Shown: positions 1 through 8,727 of the stretch, piece by piece | How the letters are laid out: every line of letters begins with the position of its first letter | How positions within the stretch are numbered: position 1 is the first letter of the stretch | Notes under the pieces: model-generated | Database searches by the model: none | The model's input: the letters and a program-made list of their open reading frames with translations, nothing else | Told to the model about the DNA's origin: nothing | DNA from: a virus | Lineage: Duplodnaviria; Caudoviricetes | Virus record (IMG/VR): IMGVR_UViG_3300012007_000015 | Span: 16,927-80,926 of that record | Length of the DNA: 64,000 nt | Reading direction: 5' to 3' (one strand) | Program-made: the position numbers and the translations under genes

Positions 1-503
1 GTAAGCGTACTCACCGATTTTCTGAGTAAAAAAAAACCAGACAAGTCGATGGACTTTATTGCACCGAGAATGATAGCCGCCCACTGGTTTGTGTCGAATG
101 TGGAGTTCATTACCTTTGCCTTCATGACAGATACGAGCTTGTCGTTCCTCGACATTACTTCGTCAACATCTTCATAAGTCTTAATGCCCTCTGGAGTAAA
201 CAGGTGGTTGCAAAGGATGATGGCCATAATCTCGCACATGGCATCGAGGTCTGTGCAAAGGGCCGTTATTACCTTGTTGTCATCATCGAGTGAGCTGTCT
301 GTGGCACGCATATCCATGACGAGCCTGCAGATGCGGAACAGCGAATAGTAGCGCATATTCTTAACCCTGTATTCCTTGTCTCCAAGAAACACCAGAGACG
401 GGCTGTCGTTGATAATATCCACAATGTCACGCTTGACATCTATCGGGAAATCCTTCATTCCCTCCTCTTCGTCCTTTTTCTTATTGTCTGTATCTTTCTT
501 CAT
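1..503 (-). CDS. Putative tail assembly chaperone (runs off the window edge)
   Basis: Manually translated open frame from ATG at 503 (MKKDTDNKKKDEEEG...AIKSIDLSGFFLLRKSVSTL) with no stop before position 1. It lies directly downstream of the tail tube gene and contains a T9 slippery run. Confidence 0.6.
   Translation of the reverse strand, partial: MKKDTDNKKKDEEEGMKDFPIDVKRDIVDIINDSPSLVFLGDKEYRVKNMRYYSLFRICRLVMDMRATDSSLDDDNKVITALCTDLDAMCEIMAIILCNHLFTPEGIKTYEDVDEVMSRNDKLVSVMKAKVMNSTFDTNQWAAIILGAIKSIDLSGFFLLRKSVSTL
27..33 (-). other. Candidate -1 ribosomal frameshift heptamer U_UUU_UUA
   Basis: GGT TTT TTT TTA in frame near the 3' part of the chaperone-like gene; fits the X_XXY_YYZ pattern. 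Confidence 0.5.
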
Positions 504-548
504 AACTCTTGTTCTTCTGATTGGAATCGGTTTCTTCTTTAATCTAAA

Positions 549-594
549 TGGGGATGCGTCGGCGGGCGTATGATAACCCAACAACGCACCCCCA
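549..594 (-). terminator. GC-rich hairpin after the tail tube gene (terminator/attenuator-like)
   Basis: tggggatgcgt...acgcaccccca inverted repeat with an inner ggg/ccc stem; the U-tract is weak. Confidence 0.4.
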
Positions 595-620
595 CGTTAC
601 GGCAGTCTTGTACGAGACTG

Positions 621-1130
621 TTAGCTTGCAGCGCGTCCTACCAGCTTGTACATGTGGTCGACAGCCTCGGCACCAGTGCCAGTGGTATGAACCAGAGCAG
701 TGATGGTCACGCTGTAGTTCAGAGCACCGTCGGCATCCTTCTTCAAGGTACCGATGGTCAGACCACGGTAGATGTACAGGGCTGCATGGCCACGACCGAA
801 GTCAAGCTGCCAAGAGTGCTCACTGGTGTAAGCGCTGGCTGCGCCCTCATAGCTCTCGGGGGTCTGGCCAGAAGCGGCGGTATAGGTGCCACCGAACAGG
901 TCAGGCAGCTCTGACAGCTCATAGTTGGCCAGCTCGAACGTCATGGTTACGGGGTTGCCATCATAGAAGATGTCAAAGGGGCTGTCATAGAACTCGGCCT
1001 CAATCTCGGTAGCCTCGGGCTCGTCCTGACCGATAGTCAGACCCTTCAAGACACCCATGAGCTTGGTGGAAGCAGCAGCACCAACGTTTCCATACATAAG
1101 GCTAATTGCCTTTACAGTTGTCTTTCCCAT
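621..1130 (-). CDS. Major tail tube protein (copy 1, 169 aa)
   Basis: Size and position after neck/terminator genes and before the chaperone; beta-rich sequence GLTIGQDEPEATEIEAEFYDSPF. Confidence 0.7.
   Translation of the reverse strand: MGKTTVKAISLMYGNVGAAASTKLMGVLKGLTIGQDEPEATEIEAEFYDSPFDIFYDGNPVTMTFELANYELSELPDLFGGTYTAASGQTPESYEGAASAYTSEHSWQLDFGRGHAALYIYRGLTIGTLKKDADGALNYSVTITALVHTTGTGAEAVDHMYKLVGRAAS
933..1034. repeat. Arm 1 of a perfect 102-bp inverted repeat (partner 11231-11332)
   Basis: Base-by-base reverse complement of 11231-11332. Confidence 0.95.
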
Positions 1131-1166
1131 AGTTTTTTCCTTTCTATTGATTAATTGATAAATGAA

Positions 1167-1604
1167 TTATTGATTGCCGTCTACTATAACGACGAACGAT
1201 TTAACGAACATGTAGTACGCATTGTTGGCGTTTTCTTCCTCGCCAAGGTCTGCAGAGATGAAGCTGTCTGGTTGAATCCAGTACGTTCCAGTATTGTCAG
1301 ACTCGCTTGCAGTCTTGATGGCCGCATTGATGTCGTTCTCGAACTTCTCGTACTTCTCAACGTCGAGACGTCCTCTCGTGATGGGAGGAACATAGCATTG
1401 AACGTATACGCGCGCCATGCCATAGGCCTCATCTTGAAACTCGCTCGCATCGACAAAGTCACCAACAACGATGACTATGAAGCCGTCCTCTGCGTCGGAC
1501 TGCAGAAGCTCCTGCGGCTCGTTCATCAGATATACGTTTTCGGTTACACTCTCAAGTATCTCCTCGACGTACTTGTATATGCCTATTCTCGATTCGTTGA
1601 CCAT
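1167..1604 (-). CDS. Putative tail terminator/completion protein
   Basis: 145 aa acidic protein immediately upstream of the tail tube; synteny only. Confidence 0.5.
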   Translation of the reverse strand: MVNESRIGIYKYVEEILESVTENVYLMNEPQELLQSDAEDGFIVIVVGDFVDASEFQDEAYGMARVYVQCYVPPITRGRLDVEKYEKFENDINAAIKTASESDNTGTYWIQPDSFISADLGEEENANNAYYMFVKSFVVIVDGNQ

Positions 1605-1607
1605 AAA

Positions 1608-2312
1608 CTATCTTTCTCTACCGATAACTGGTATTCCTTTTCTATTCTTGAACTTCCTCTTCCACTTATTGCTGGTATAGATGTACTTCGGAACATAGAC
1701 CGTCAGTCGGCTCTCTTTAGGCTTCAGCGCAACTCTTACATCGTCGTATATATGCGACATGACTTGGAACTGTCTGAATCCTGCATTGAAACTCGGAGTT
1801 ACAATGTTGCCAGCTTTGTTCCCTCTTGCGCCCATGGTGTATTTGCCTCCACCGCCTTTCATGGTGAATCCGCTCTCCCAGTAGCCCCAATAGGGTGCGA
1901 GAATAGCGAAGAACACTACCCATCCGTGGTACTCGGTCTTATAGGAAGCCAGAAACTTACTTGCCATCTCGTGACCATCAACGTTCTCCATGTCGTTTGA
2001 AAAGAACTCATGGAGCCATGACTGTGAGCTGCCACCCATACCTTTGTCATGATACACTGGTTCCCTATAATATCCGTATGCTTTGCGCTTTCCGTTGTAG
2101 AAAACACCCCAGCAGAGGGAGTTTAGAAGATTTCCAGTCCTATCCATGTGATTCCTACTGTTGTAGGTCTGAATAATATCTCCAAGAACCTTTATCTCCT
2201 TCTCGGCATATTCGATAAGACGCTGCGTCTGCAGTTCAATGGAGTTGTCTTCCACCTCCTTGCGGAAAGCGGCAGGGTTCCAACCGATGAGCATTGTCTT
2301 ACCTATAGCCAT
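1608..2312 (-). CDS. Putative neck/tail completion protein (HK97 gp10-like position)
   Basis: DRTGNLLNS motif typical of this class, plus synteny. Confidence 0.5.
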   Translation of the reverse strand: MAIGKTMLIGWNPAAFRKEVEDNSIELQTQRLIEYAEKEIKVLGDIIQTYNSRNHMDRTGNLLNSLCWGVFYNGKRKAYGYYREPVYHDKGMGGSSQSWLHEFFSNDMENVDGHEMASKFLASYKTEYHGWVVFFAILAPYWGYWESGFTMKGGGGKYTMGARGNKAGNIVTPSFNAGFRQFQVMSHIYDDVRVALKPKESRLTVYVPKYIYTSNKWKRKFKNRKGIPVIGRER

Positions 2313-2314
2313 AG

Positions 2315-2650
2315 TTACCAGCTGTTACGTGATGCGTAGATGCTTACGCCGCCGAGTTGTGACGGCTCCGCATTGTCGACCGTGAGCTTGAAGGTCTCAC
2401 CGTAGCGGGTAATGGTAATCTTGTCTCCCTTGCGGGGTACAATCCACTCGTTATCGGTGTTCTTTACGAGGGGGATGCTGATGATGTATGAGGATGTCTG
2501 CAGGGTCTTGCCCTCTTCGTCCGTCACCATGTGCTCGTCCATCACGCCCTCGTAAAGCAAGACCTCTGAGTCCTGCTTACTCCCTTTGCCTTGTATCACA
2601 CGCATTATGGTGCCTGTGTAGGGGTATTCGAGTATCTCTTCTCGCTCCAT
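2315..2650 (-). CDS. Putative head closure/stopper protein
   Basis: 111 aa beta-rich protein after the adaptor gene; synteny. Confidence 0.5.
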   Translation of the reverse strand: MEREEILEYPYTGTIMRVIQGKGSKQDSEVLLYEGVMDEHMVTDEEGKTLQTSSYIISIPLVKNTDNEWIVPRKGDKITITRYGETFKLTVDNAEPSQLGGVSIYASRNSW

Positions 2651-2654
2651 GGAA

Positions 2655-3041
2655 TTATAATCGGTCTACGTCTTCGATGGGGATGAATGTTATCTTCTTC
2701 TTGGAGTTCTCCAGAATCTTCGCACGTTCGTCGTCGTATTTGTTGTAAATATCGATAGCATACTTGATTTTATCGTTCTGGTAGTAGTCTTGTTCCTGTC
2801 CGATGGTCTTTTGGAAACCATTGTGGCTTTGTGACAAAGACGCGGTATTTGAGGGCGAAAGCAATACTGCCGTGAAGATGATGTCTGCCGTCATGAGCTC
2901 CCTGTCGCGTAACGTGACCTTAGTCTCGTCGTACACGTCGTCAGTCGGATTAACACCTCTGTCGCCAGCAATCTTGATAAAATTCTTTTCGCTAAAGCGA
3001 GAATACGTCGTTGAAGCTTCCAACCACTCAAGTACCGTCAT
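2655..3041 (-). CDS. Putative head-tail adaptor protein
   Basis: 128 aa helical protein directly after the major capsid gene. Confidence 0.5.
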   Translation of the reverse strand: MTVLEWLEASTTYSRFSEKNFIKIAGDRGVNPTDDVYDETKVTLRDRELMTADIIFTAVLLSPSNTASLSQSHNGFQKTIGQEQDYYQNDKIKYAIDIYNKYDDERAKILENSKKKITFIPIEDVDRL

Positions 3042-3091
3042 CTTTGTACAAACTTTAAAACTACTAACCTAAAACATGAAAATTACCAAGC

Positions 3092-4357
3092 CTATGCTGT
3101 TCTTGTGATGTCTACGACTACGTGGTACGGAGCCTCGTCCAGAACGGTAGCATAACGACCGATAACGTCCGTGTGGTATGCCTTCAGCATGCCGTTGGGC
3201 GTAACCTTGTTGATGACGTTCAGGAAGTTCTGCACCTTGGCCAGAGAGAACTGGATGCCGTTGTTGACCTCGCCAGACTTCATCAGCTCAACATCAGCGA
3301 CCTGTGCATGCACGAGGACACCTGCGAAGCCGAGAGGACGGAGAACAACCACGTCGGGGTTCCAGCCGCTAACAGTGTGATAGGTCGTAATACCCTGCAC
3401 AGTCTGCTGCTCGCGGACGATACGGATGGGCGAAATCTTCGAGATGGGCGAACGGCTATAGGCCACCAGCTGCTCCCAAGTGATAGTGTCTACGTTGGTG
3501 GTAGAGCTACCGTTGGTGACGACAATCACCTTGTCGGGTGCATAGAGCGAGATATAGCGGTTAACCTCCTTGACGAAGGCGGCGTTCTTCAACAGGACGT
3601 TGATAACGGTGGCCCAAGGAATGTTCCACTCGAACGGGGTGCTCTCGGGGATGTACTTCGACATCTTGAAGTCGTACTCAATCTTGCGCATCTGCTCGGG
3701 GATGTCGGCGTTGGGGTCAGTCCAGACGTCGTTGATGGCAGTCTTGAAGTTCTCCAGAGGGATATAGGCGCTCTGTGCGGTAGTTACGCCGCTAAAGCCC
3801 TTGGTGGTCTTACCGCCGCCAAGGTCGATGGTATTACCATACTGACCGCCGCGAGACAGCGTCATAGCGGCCATGTTGGATACGGTGAGGTTGTGAGACT
3901 TGACCAAGTCTGCAACGCCGCGTACGAAACCAGTCACGAGGTTCTCATCGCTGCCGAGCTCGCGAAGACGGGCCTGCAACTCCAGCTTAGACATAGAGGT
4001 CTCGAACAGTCCCTTACCATACTGGTAGATGGAACCAGTCTTCTCCTCCATACCCTCAGCGTCGAGCTGCATAGTCTCCGACAGGGGAGCCATAGAGTCA
4101 GCCATGGGAACGGTGCGGTTAATCTTCTGACGGACAGTCCACGCGGGATTCTTCTTCAGGTCAGCCACGTCTACTTGGTACTCGGCGCCCTCCACACGGA
4201 AGTGCTCCTGCCAGAAGAAAGCATTCTCCTCAATCTCGATGGTGTTGTCGATGAGGGTCTGTAAGAAGCCCTTGTTGGCACCATCCATGAAGCCTTTCTG
4301 GTAAAGCTTCTCAATCGCCTCGTCGGGCGACCATTGATATTTCAGTGCATTTGACAT
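3092..4357 (-). CDS. Major capsid protein (421 aa)
   Basis: Size, position after scaffold/decoration genes, and strongly biased codon usage (long antisense shadow ORF) as in highly expressed genes. Confidence 0.75.
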   Translation of the reverse strand: MSNALKYQWSPDEAIEKLYQKGFMDGANKGFLQTLIDNTIEIEENAFFWQEHFRVEGAEYQVDVADLKKNPAWTVRQKINRTVPMADSMAPLSETMQLDAEGMEEKTGSIYQYGKGLFETSMSKLELQARLRELGSDENLVTGFVRGVADLVKSHNLTVSNMAAMTLSRGGQYGNTIDLGGGKTTKGFSGVTTAQSAYIPLENFKTAINDVWTDPNADIPEQMRKIEYDFKMSKYIPESTPFEWNIPWATVINVLLKNAAFVKEVNRYISLYAPDKVIVVTNGSSTTNVDTITWEQLVAYSRSPISKISPIRIVREQQTVQGITTYHTVSGWNPDVVVLRPLGFAGVLVHAQVADVELMKSGEVNNGIQFSLAKVQNFLNVINKVTPNGMLKAYHTDVIGRYATVLDEAPYHVVVDITRTA

Positions 4358-4385
4358 ATCTTGTTTCCTTTCCTTACTTTAGTGA

Positions 4386-5060
4386 TTACATCCAGAAGAT
4401 GCCTTCGATGTACGAACGGTTCTTCGCGAGGACGTACTTCGGCAGGGGCTGCATACGCGGAATCCAAGCCTGCTTGTCATAGACAGCGGAGATGGAGTAG
4501 TTAGCAGTGCCGTCGATACCATATCCCTCAGTGGGCATAAGGTCACGGTCAGCCTCGATGAACGTGTTGGGGTTGGGTACGAGCACCACGGCGTCAGCGG
4601 CCTTCTCGGTGCCAGCAGCCTCTACGAGGATAGCACCAGCGGTCAGTTCGCCAAGGGTGTTGTCGAGAGTCACGGTGAATTTCTCGTTGGCCTTGTCGTA
4701 GACAACGTTGGTAATCTTTGCAGACTGACCAGTTTCCTCGACATTGTCAGGAGCGACCATAAGCAGCATGCCCACTTCGGGAGCATCGCTGTAGCCATCA
4801 CCGTTCAGAACGTACTCGGTTGCAGCTGCGGCAGCATTGGCCTTGAGCTCAAACGAGCGGAAAATCAGACATCCCTTCTCGGGGGTGTACTGTACGAGCT
4901 GTGCGGCATACAGATGGTCGAAGCCCTTCTTGGGATTCAGAATAGTACCGCCGAGGAGCACGTTCTTGCGGCTCTCACCGTTGCTGTCCTTAACCCAGAC
5001 CCACTTACCACCACGCAGTTTTCGCGAAGCCTCGTAGAAATACGCTAAGTTTGTTACCAT
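4386..5060 (-). CDS. Putative capsid decoration/cement protein
   Basis: 224 aa Ala/Val-rich protein between scaffold and capsid genes. Confidence 0.5.
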   Translation of the reverse strand: MVTNLAYFYEASRKLRGGKWVWVKDSNGESRKNVLLGGTILNPKKGFDHLYAAQLVQYTPEKGCLIFRSFELKANAAAAATEYVLNGDGYSDAPEVGMLLMVAPDNVEETGQSAKITNVVYDKANEKFTVTLDNTLGELTAGAILVEAAGTEKAADAVVLVPNPNTFIEADRDLMPTEGYGIDGTANYSISAVYDKQAWIPRMQPLPKYVLAKNRSYIEGIFWM

Positions 5061-5083
5061 AATAGTTTTACTTTAAATGAAGT

Positions 5084-5719
5084 TTAACTTGTTACTTTTA
5101 CCTTCTTCATTGACTGAAGGAACTCCTCGTCACGCTGCTTGGTTGCTTGAGGCGCAAGGGGTCTGATGTTTCCGTAGCTCGGGGCCATAATGTCTTGGTA
5201 ACGGCTAACGAGCGTATCAGCCTGCTCCTTCGTGTCGGCATCCAGCTTGACTTCGTAGTCCTGTGCAAACTTCTCGAAAGAGGTGTGCAGGTCGGGCTGG
5301 ATGTTTTTCTTGGCAAGCGCAATGATAGCCTTGAACTTTTCTTGTTTAGACTGTGCCGTCTTGAACTCCTTGAGCTCTTCCAGCTGACTCTTGATTTCGT
5401 CGGGGATTTCAACAGTCGGCGTAGCGGCAGGCTTACCAATCTTTTTGTTTAACTCTGCAATCTGAGCCTTGTAGTCGTTTTCTTTCGTCTGGAACTCAGT
5501 TGCCTTGACCGTAGCCAGTTCCGATGCGCTCGAAAAAGCCGTGTTGAGCGCGAACTTGAGCGAGTTGAGAATGGCCTCGTCGCTGACATCTCCTTCTGGG
5601 TCGGCCTTCTGGAAGTGGTCTGCGAACTTGTCCTTAAACGCATCGGTAAGAGTTGCTGTTGTGTACTGTTTCTCGGTACAATAGTCGTTTACTTTCTGTA
5701 AAACTTCTTCTTTTGTCAT
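5084..5719 (-). CDS. Putative capsid scaffolding protein
   Basis: Lys/Glu-rich coiled-coil protein, first gene of the head operon. Confidence 0.6.
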   Translation of the reverse strand: MTKEEVLQKVNDYCTEKQYTTATLTDAFKDKFADHFQKADPEGDVSDEAILNSLKFALNTAFSSASELATVKATEFQTKENDYKAQIAELNKKIGKPAATPTVEIPDEIKSQLEELKEFKTAQSKQEKFKAIIALAKKNIQPDLHTSFEKFAQDYEVKLDADTKEQADTLVSRYQDIMAPSYGNIRPLAPQATKQRDEEFLQSMKKVKVTS

Positions 5720-5758
5720 AGTTTTCTACTATAAAATAAGGTGAAAAAATGTTCGCTG

Positions 5759-5789
5759 CAAAAATACCACAAAAAATATAGAGTAAAAA
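5759..5789 (-). promoter_or_regulatory. Bacteroidota sigma-A promoter for the head operon
   Basis: TATTTTTG -7 element; -33 element imperfect (TTTT at N19). Confidence 0.55.
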
Positions 5790-5851
5790 AATATTACAGA
5801 CGGAAGTTTGGCATAATATACCAAAATATAAATAACTTCCGCTTGTATGGC

Positions 5852-5882
5852 TTTGAAACGATAAGTTTTAACTCTATCTTTG
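5852..5882 (+). promoter_or_regulatory. Bacteroidota sigma-A promoter for the terminase operon
   Basis: TTTG-N19-TATCTTTG exact consensus, 24 nt before the ATG. Confidence 0.8.
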
Positions 5883-5906
5883 CACCGAGAAATTTCTTAA
5901 CACAGC

Positions 5907-8723
5907 ATGGCAAAAAAGAGAAACGACATAGTATTGGCTCCGTTGGAGGATGGCAACCAAAAGCATGCCATTCGCTCCAACGCAGACATTGTCGCGTTCG
6001 TCGGGCAAACTGGTTCGGGGAAACAAAACCCCATTGATGAGCCTGTTTTAACGGTCAACGGATGGGTTAAAATGGGTGATTTGAAGATTGGTGATGAACT
6101 ATTCTCGCCGCTCAATACAGAACCGTCTTTTGTTACTGGTATTTATCCGCAGGGTGTCAAACCAGTATATAAAGTAACGACAAGCGACGGTCGTGTTTCT
6201 CGCTGCGGACTTGAGCATCTGTGGATGGTTCGTACAGAAAAGCAAGTGGAGAATTGGAGAAAAGGAAAAGGTTCTGCATACATTAAGACGACAAGAGAAA
6301 TATTAGACGAATATATTTCCAAGGGAAAGAATATATTCATCCCACTTGCGAGACCTTACGACGGAAAGGAGAAAGAACTTCCGATTGACCCTTATGTCCT
6401 TGGCGTTTGGCTTGGAGATGGTTGTTCACATCATGATTCTTTTGTGATTTCTGGAGACGAAATTGATGTTATAAAAAAAGTTTCAGACAAACTAAAAACA
6501 ACGTTTCGTTTTCATAGCAGCGAGAACTATAGCAACATGATACACCAGAACGAAAAAGTCTCTTCCGTCAAAAAATATATTAGAGAGTCTGGACTGGATG
6601 TGTACTCGCACGAAAGGTTTATCCCAGAAGAGTATCTGCACGCTTCTGTTGAGCAGCGTATGGAACTGTTGAAAGGATTGATGGATAGCGACGGAAATAT
6701 TGAAGAAAAGAACCGTTACTCTTTCTCTACGACAAGTCCTAAGTTGAAGCGATGTTTCATTGAACTTTGCAGAGGACTTGGTTATATCGTCGGAGAAAAT
6801 AAAGACAGCCGAACACGCTATAAGAGCGGAGAGTGTTGGAAGATAACAATCCAGACGAACGACATAATCTTCAGCAGCAAGAAGCACCTCGACAAATACC
6901 GCGCGAACTTGGAGAAATACAAGAACAAGAATCGTGAGTACAAGCATGACCATGTGCGCATTATAAATATAGAATATGTGGGAGACATGGAGTGTCAATG
7001 TATAATGGTTTCCAACAGAGACCACTTATACTGCACACATGACTATATTGTGACACATAACACAATTGCTTTATATTACGCCCCGATTGAGTACCTTGCC
7101 ATGAATGACAACGCCAAGGCTGTGTGCTTCATGCGTAACGTCGCGGACTTCTGGGCCACTGGTAAGGTCGCGGACACTGTTAAGCAGATGTATCCGCTCG
7201 TTGACAGAGGCGCAGGAAAGAAGCAGCCGCATGACCCGATAGGAGAAATCCGAAGAGGACAGGAGGACATGGGCGTCAAGTTCTACAACGGCTCCGAGAT
7301 TAAGTTCCAGCAGCTTGACAACGAGAGTCCTATCGTGATTGATAAGATTACGAAGGGTCTGCAGGCGAAGATACTTATTTTCGATGAGTGCAACAAGTTC
7401 CTCTGGAGAACCATATCGGCATTCTTCCCGCGCATGCGTTCCGATTCTTCTGGTAAGGCACAGGTGTTCCTTGCACAGAACCCAGAGCGCGAGTGCTTCA
7501 TGCGACAGATGTGTGGAAAGGGAGAGCACGGCGGAGGATGGATTAATGACGACGGCTCTATAGACAAGGATATGGACGGCGTAGTCATGTTCGTGTTCTT
7601 TCCAGACGGTGACTACGAAAGAGCAGTCTGGGGCCGAACTAAGAAAGAAGTATACGAGAAAGGCAAGGAGTGTATAGACAAGCTGCTCGCAATAGACCAA
7701 GATATGTCCTACGAGGACTTTATCCTGTCGTTCGCCTTCTTTACGTTCGATGTGAGAGACAACAAGAAGATGCTCTCAAAGAACAAGAAGTATCGCGGTC
7801 TTGCAGCTAACTCGACGACAGCAAAGTCTTCCTATGAGAACAACTGGAACTACTCTCTCGAAGACGAAAAGGGAGATGCCGAAGACCTCGCGAACGTACA
7901 GCTAAGTAATACGGACGTTGAGCGCATGTTCAGACATATAGAGATTCCCTACGAGAGCCAGTGCATCAAGAAGTTCATGACTGTAGACTATGCTACAACG
8001 GGATTCGATAACTTTGTAATGAAGTATTGGGAGCTGTGGGAGCACTACGGCTTTATCTGCAAGGATATTCAGTTTTCCATGAAGAACTCCAATAAGGAGG
8101 CCGTGATTATGATGATTGACTTCCGCGACCGTCATGGACTTCAGGAAAAGGAGATGATTATCGACGTGCAGGGCTCCACGTTCCTGCGCGACTGCTTCCC
8201 AAGAGCCATCAACTTTGCAGGTGCATCACAGCCTACGGAGCGCTCGAAGGCCCAGTACAAGACTCGCAAAGACGAGGCTGCACACCTCTGCATGGAGATG
8301 ATACAGGCTGGACTCATACACTACGACCCGAAGCTCGCAGATGCAAGGTACAATCACCAGAATATGAAGAGAGAGGGTGCGACCACCGTACTCCGCCACA
8401 TGAAGTTCGAGAGCGTCATCTTCCAGTTTGGAAAGACACCGAACGGGCGCATCACCATGCTCGACAAGGAGAAACAGAAAACCTTCCTCAAAGGTATGTC
8501 TCCAGACCTGTTCGACAATGTCATCATGCTTTGCGGAGGTCTGTATCACACGTGCTATAATATGCTGCGTGACGATGCAGGCATAATGCGCAAGAAGATG
8601 CAGGCGGAAGACATGCTCAGCCTCCTCAACGTAAACGGACGCGAAGAGGTTGACACGAGAATACACCGTGTTAGGAAGATTAGGAATGCAAGCGAAATAT
8701 TAAACGTTTTAAGTACGATATAA
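5907..8723 (+). CDS. terL: Terminase large subunit containing an intein
   Basis: Walker A GQTGSGK/T split by the intein, Walker B ILIFDE, RNase H-like nuclease motifs VDYATTGFD and SPDLFD. Confidence 0.9.
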   Translation: MAKKRNDIVLAPLEDGNQKHAIRSNADIVAFVGQTGSGKQNPIDEPVLTVNGWVKMGDLKIGDELFSPLNTEPSFVTGIYPQGVKPVYKVTTSDGRVSRCGLEHLWMVRTEKQVENWRKGKGSAYIKTTREILDEYISKGKNIFIPLARPYDGKEKELPIDPYVLGVWLGDGCSHHDSFVISGDEIDVIKKVSDKLKTTFRFHSSENYSNMIHQNEKVSSVKKYIRESGLDVYSHERFIPEEYLHASVEQRMELLKGLMDSDGNIEEKNRYSFSTTSPKLKRCFIELCRGLGYIVGENKDSRTRYKSGECWKITIQTNDIIFSSKKHLDKYRANLEKYKNKNREYKHDHVRIINIEYVGDMECQCIMVSNRDHLYCTHDYIVTHNTIALYYAPIEYLAMNDNAKAVCFMRNVADFWATGKVADTVKQMYPLVDRGAGKKQPHDPIGEIRRGQEDMGVKFYNGSEIKFQQLDNESPIVIDKITKGLQAKILIFDECNKFLWRTISAFFPRMRSDSSGKAQVFLAQNPERECFMRQMCGKGEHGGGWINDDGSIDKDMDGVVMFVFFPDGDYERAVWGRTKKEVYEKGKECIDKLLAIDQDMSYEDFILSFAFFTFDVRDNKKMLSKNKKYRGLAANSTTAKSSYENNWNYSLEDEKGDAEDLANVQLSNTDVERMFRHIEIPYESQCIKKFMTVDYATTGFDNFVMKYWELWEHYGFICKDIQFSMKNSNKEAVIMMIDFRDRHGLQEKEMIIDVQGSTFLRDCFPRAINFAGASQPTERSKAQYKTRKDEAAHLCMEMIQAGLIHYDPKLADARYNHQNMKREGATTVLRHMKFESVIFQFGKTPNGRITMLDKEKQKTFLKGMSPDLFDNVIMLCGGLYHTCYNMLRDDAGIMRKKMQAEDMLSLLNVNGREEVDTRIHRVRKIRNASEILNVLSTI
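6024..7061 (+). mobile_element. 346-aa class 3-type intein with LAGLIDADG homing endonuclease, in the TerL P-loop
   Basis: Block A QNPIDEPVLTVNGW, block B CGLEHLW, LAGLIDADG-like LGVWLGDG and LLKGLMDSDG, block F/G CQCIMV...HLY...IVTHN, and Thr+1. Confidence 0.9.
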
Positions 8724-8727
8724 AAAG

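Noticed and set aside
1155-4264. Long plus-strand ORFs (1155-2000, 3122-4264) opposite the head/neck genes
   Set aside because: Antisense shadows caused by codon bias of the real minus-strand structural genes; no motifs, promoters or leaders.
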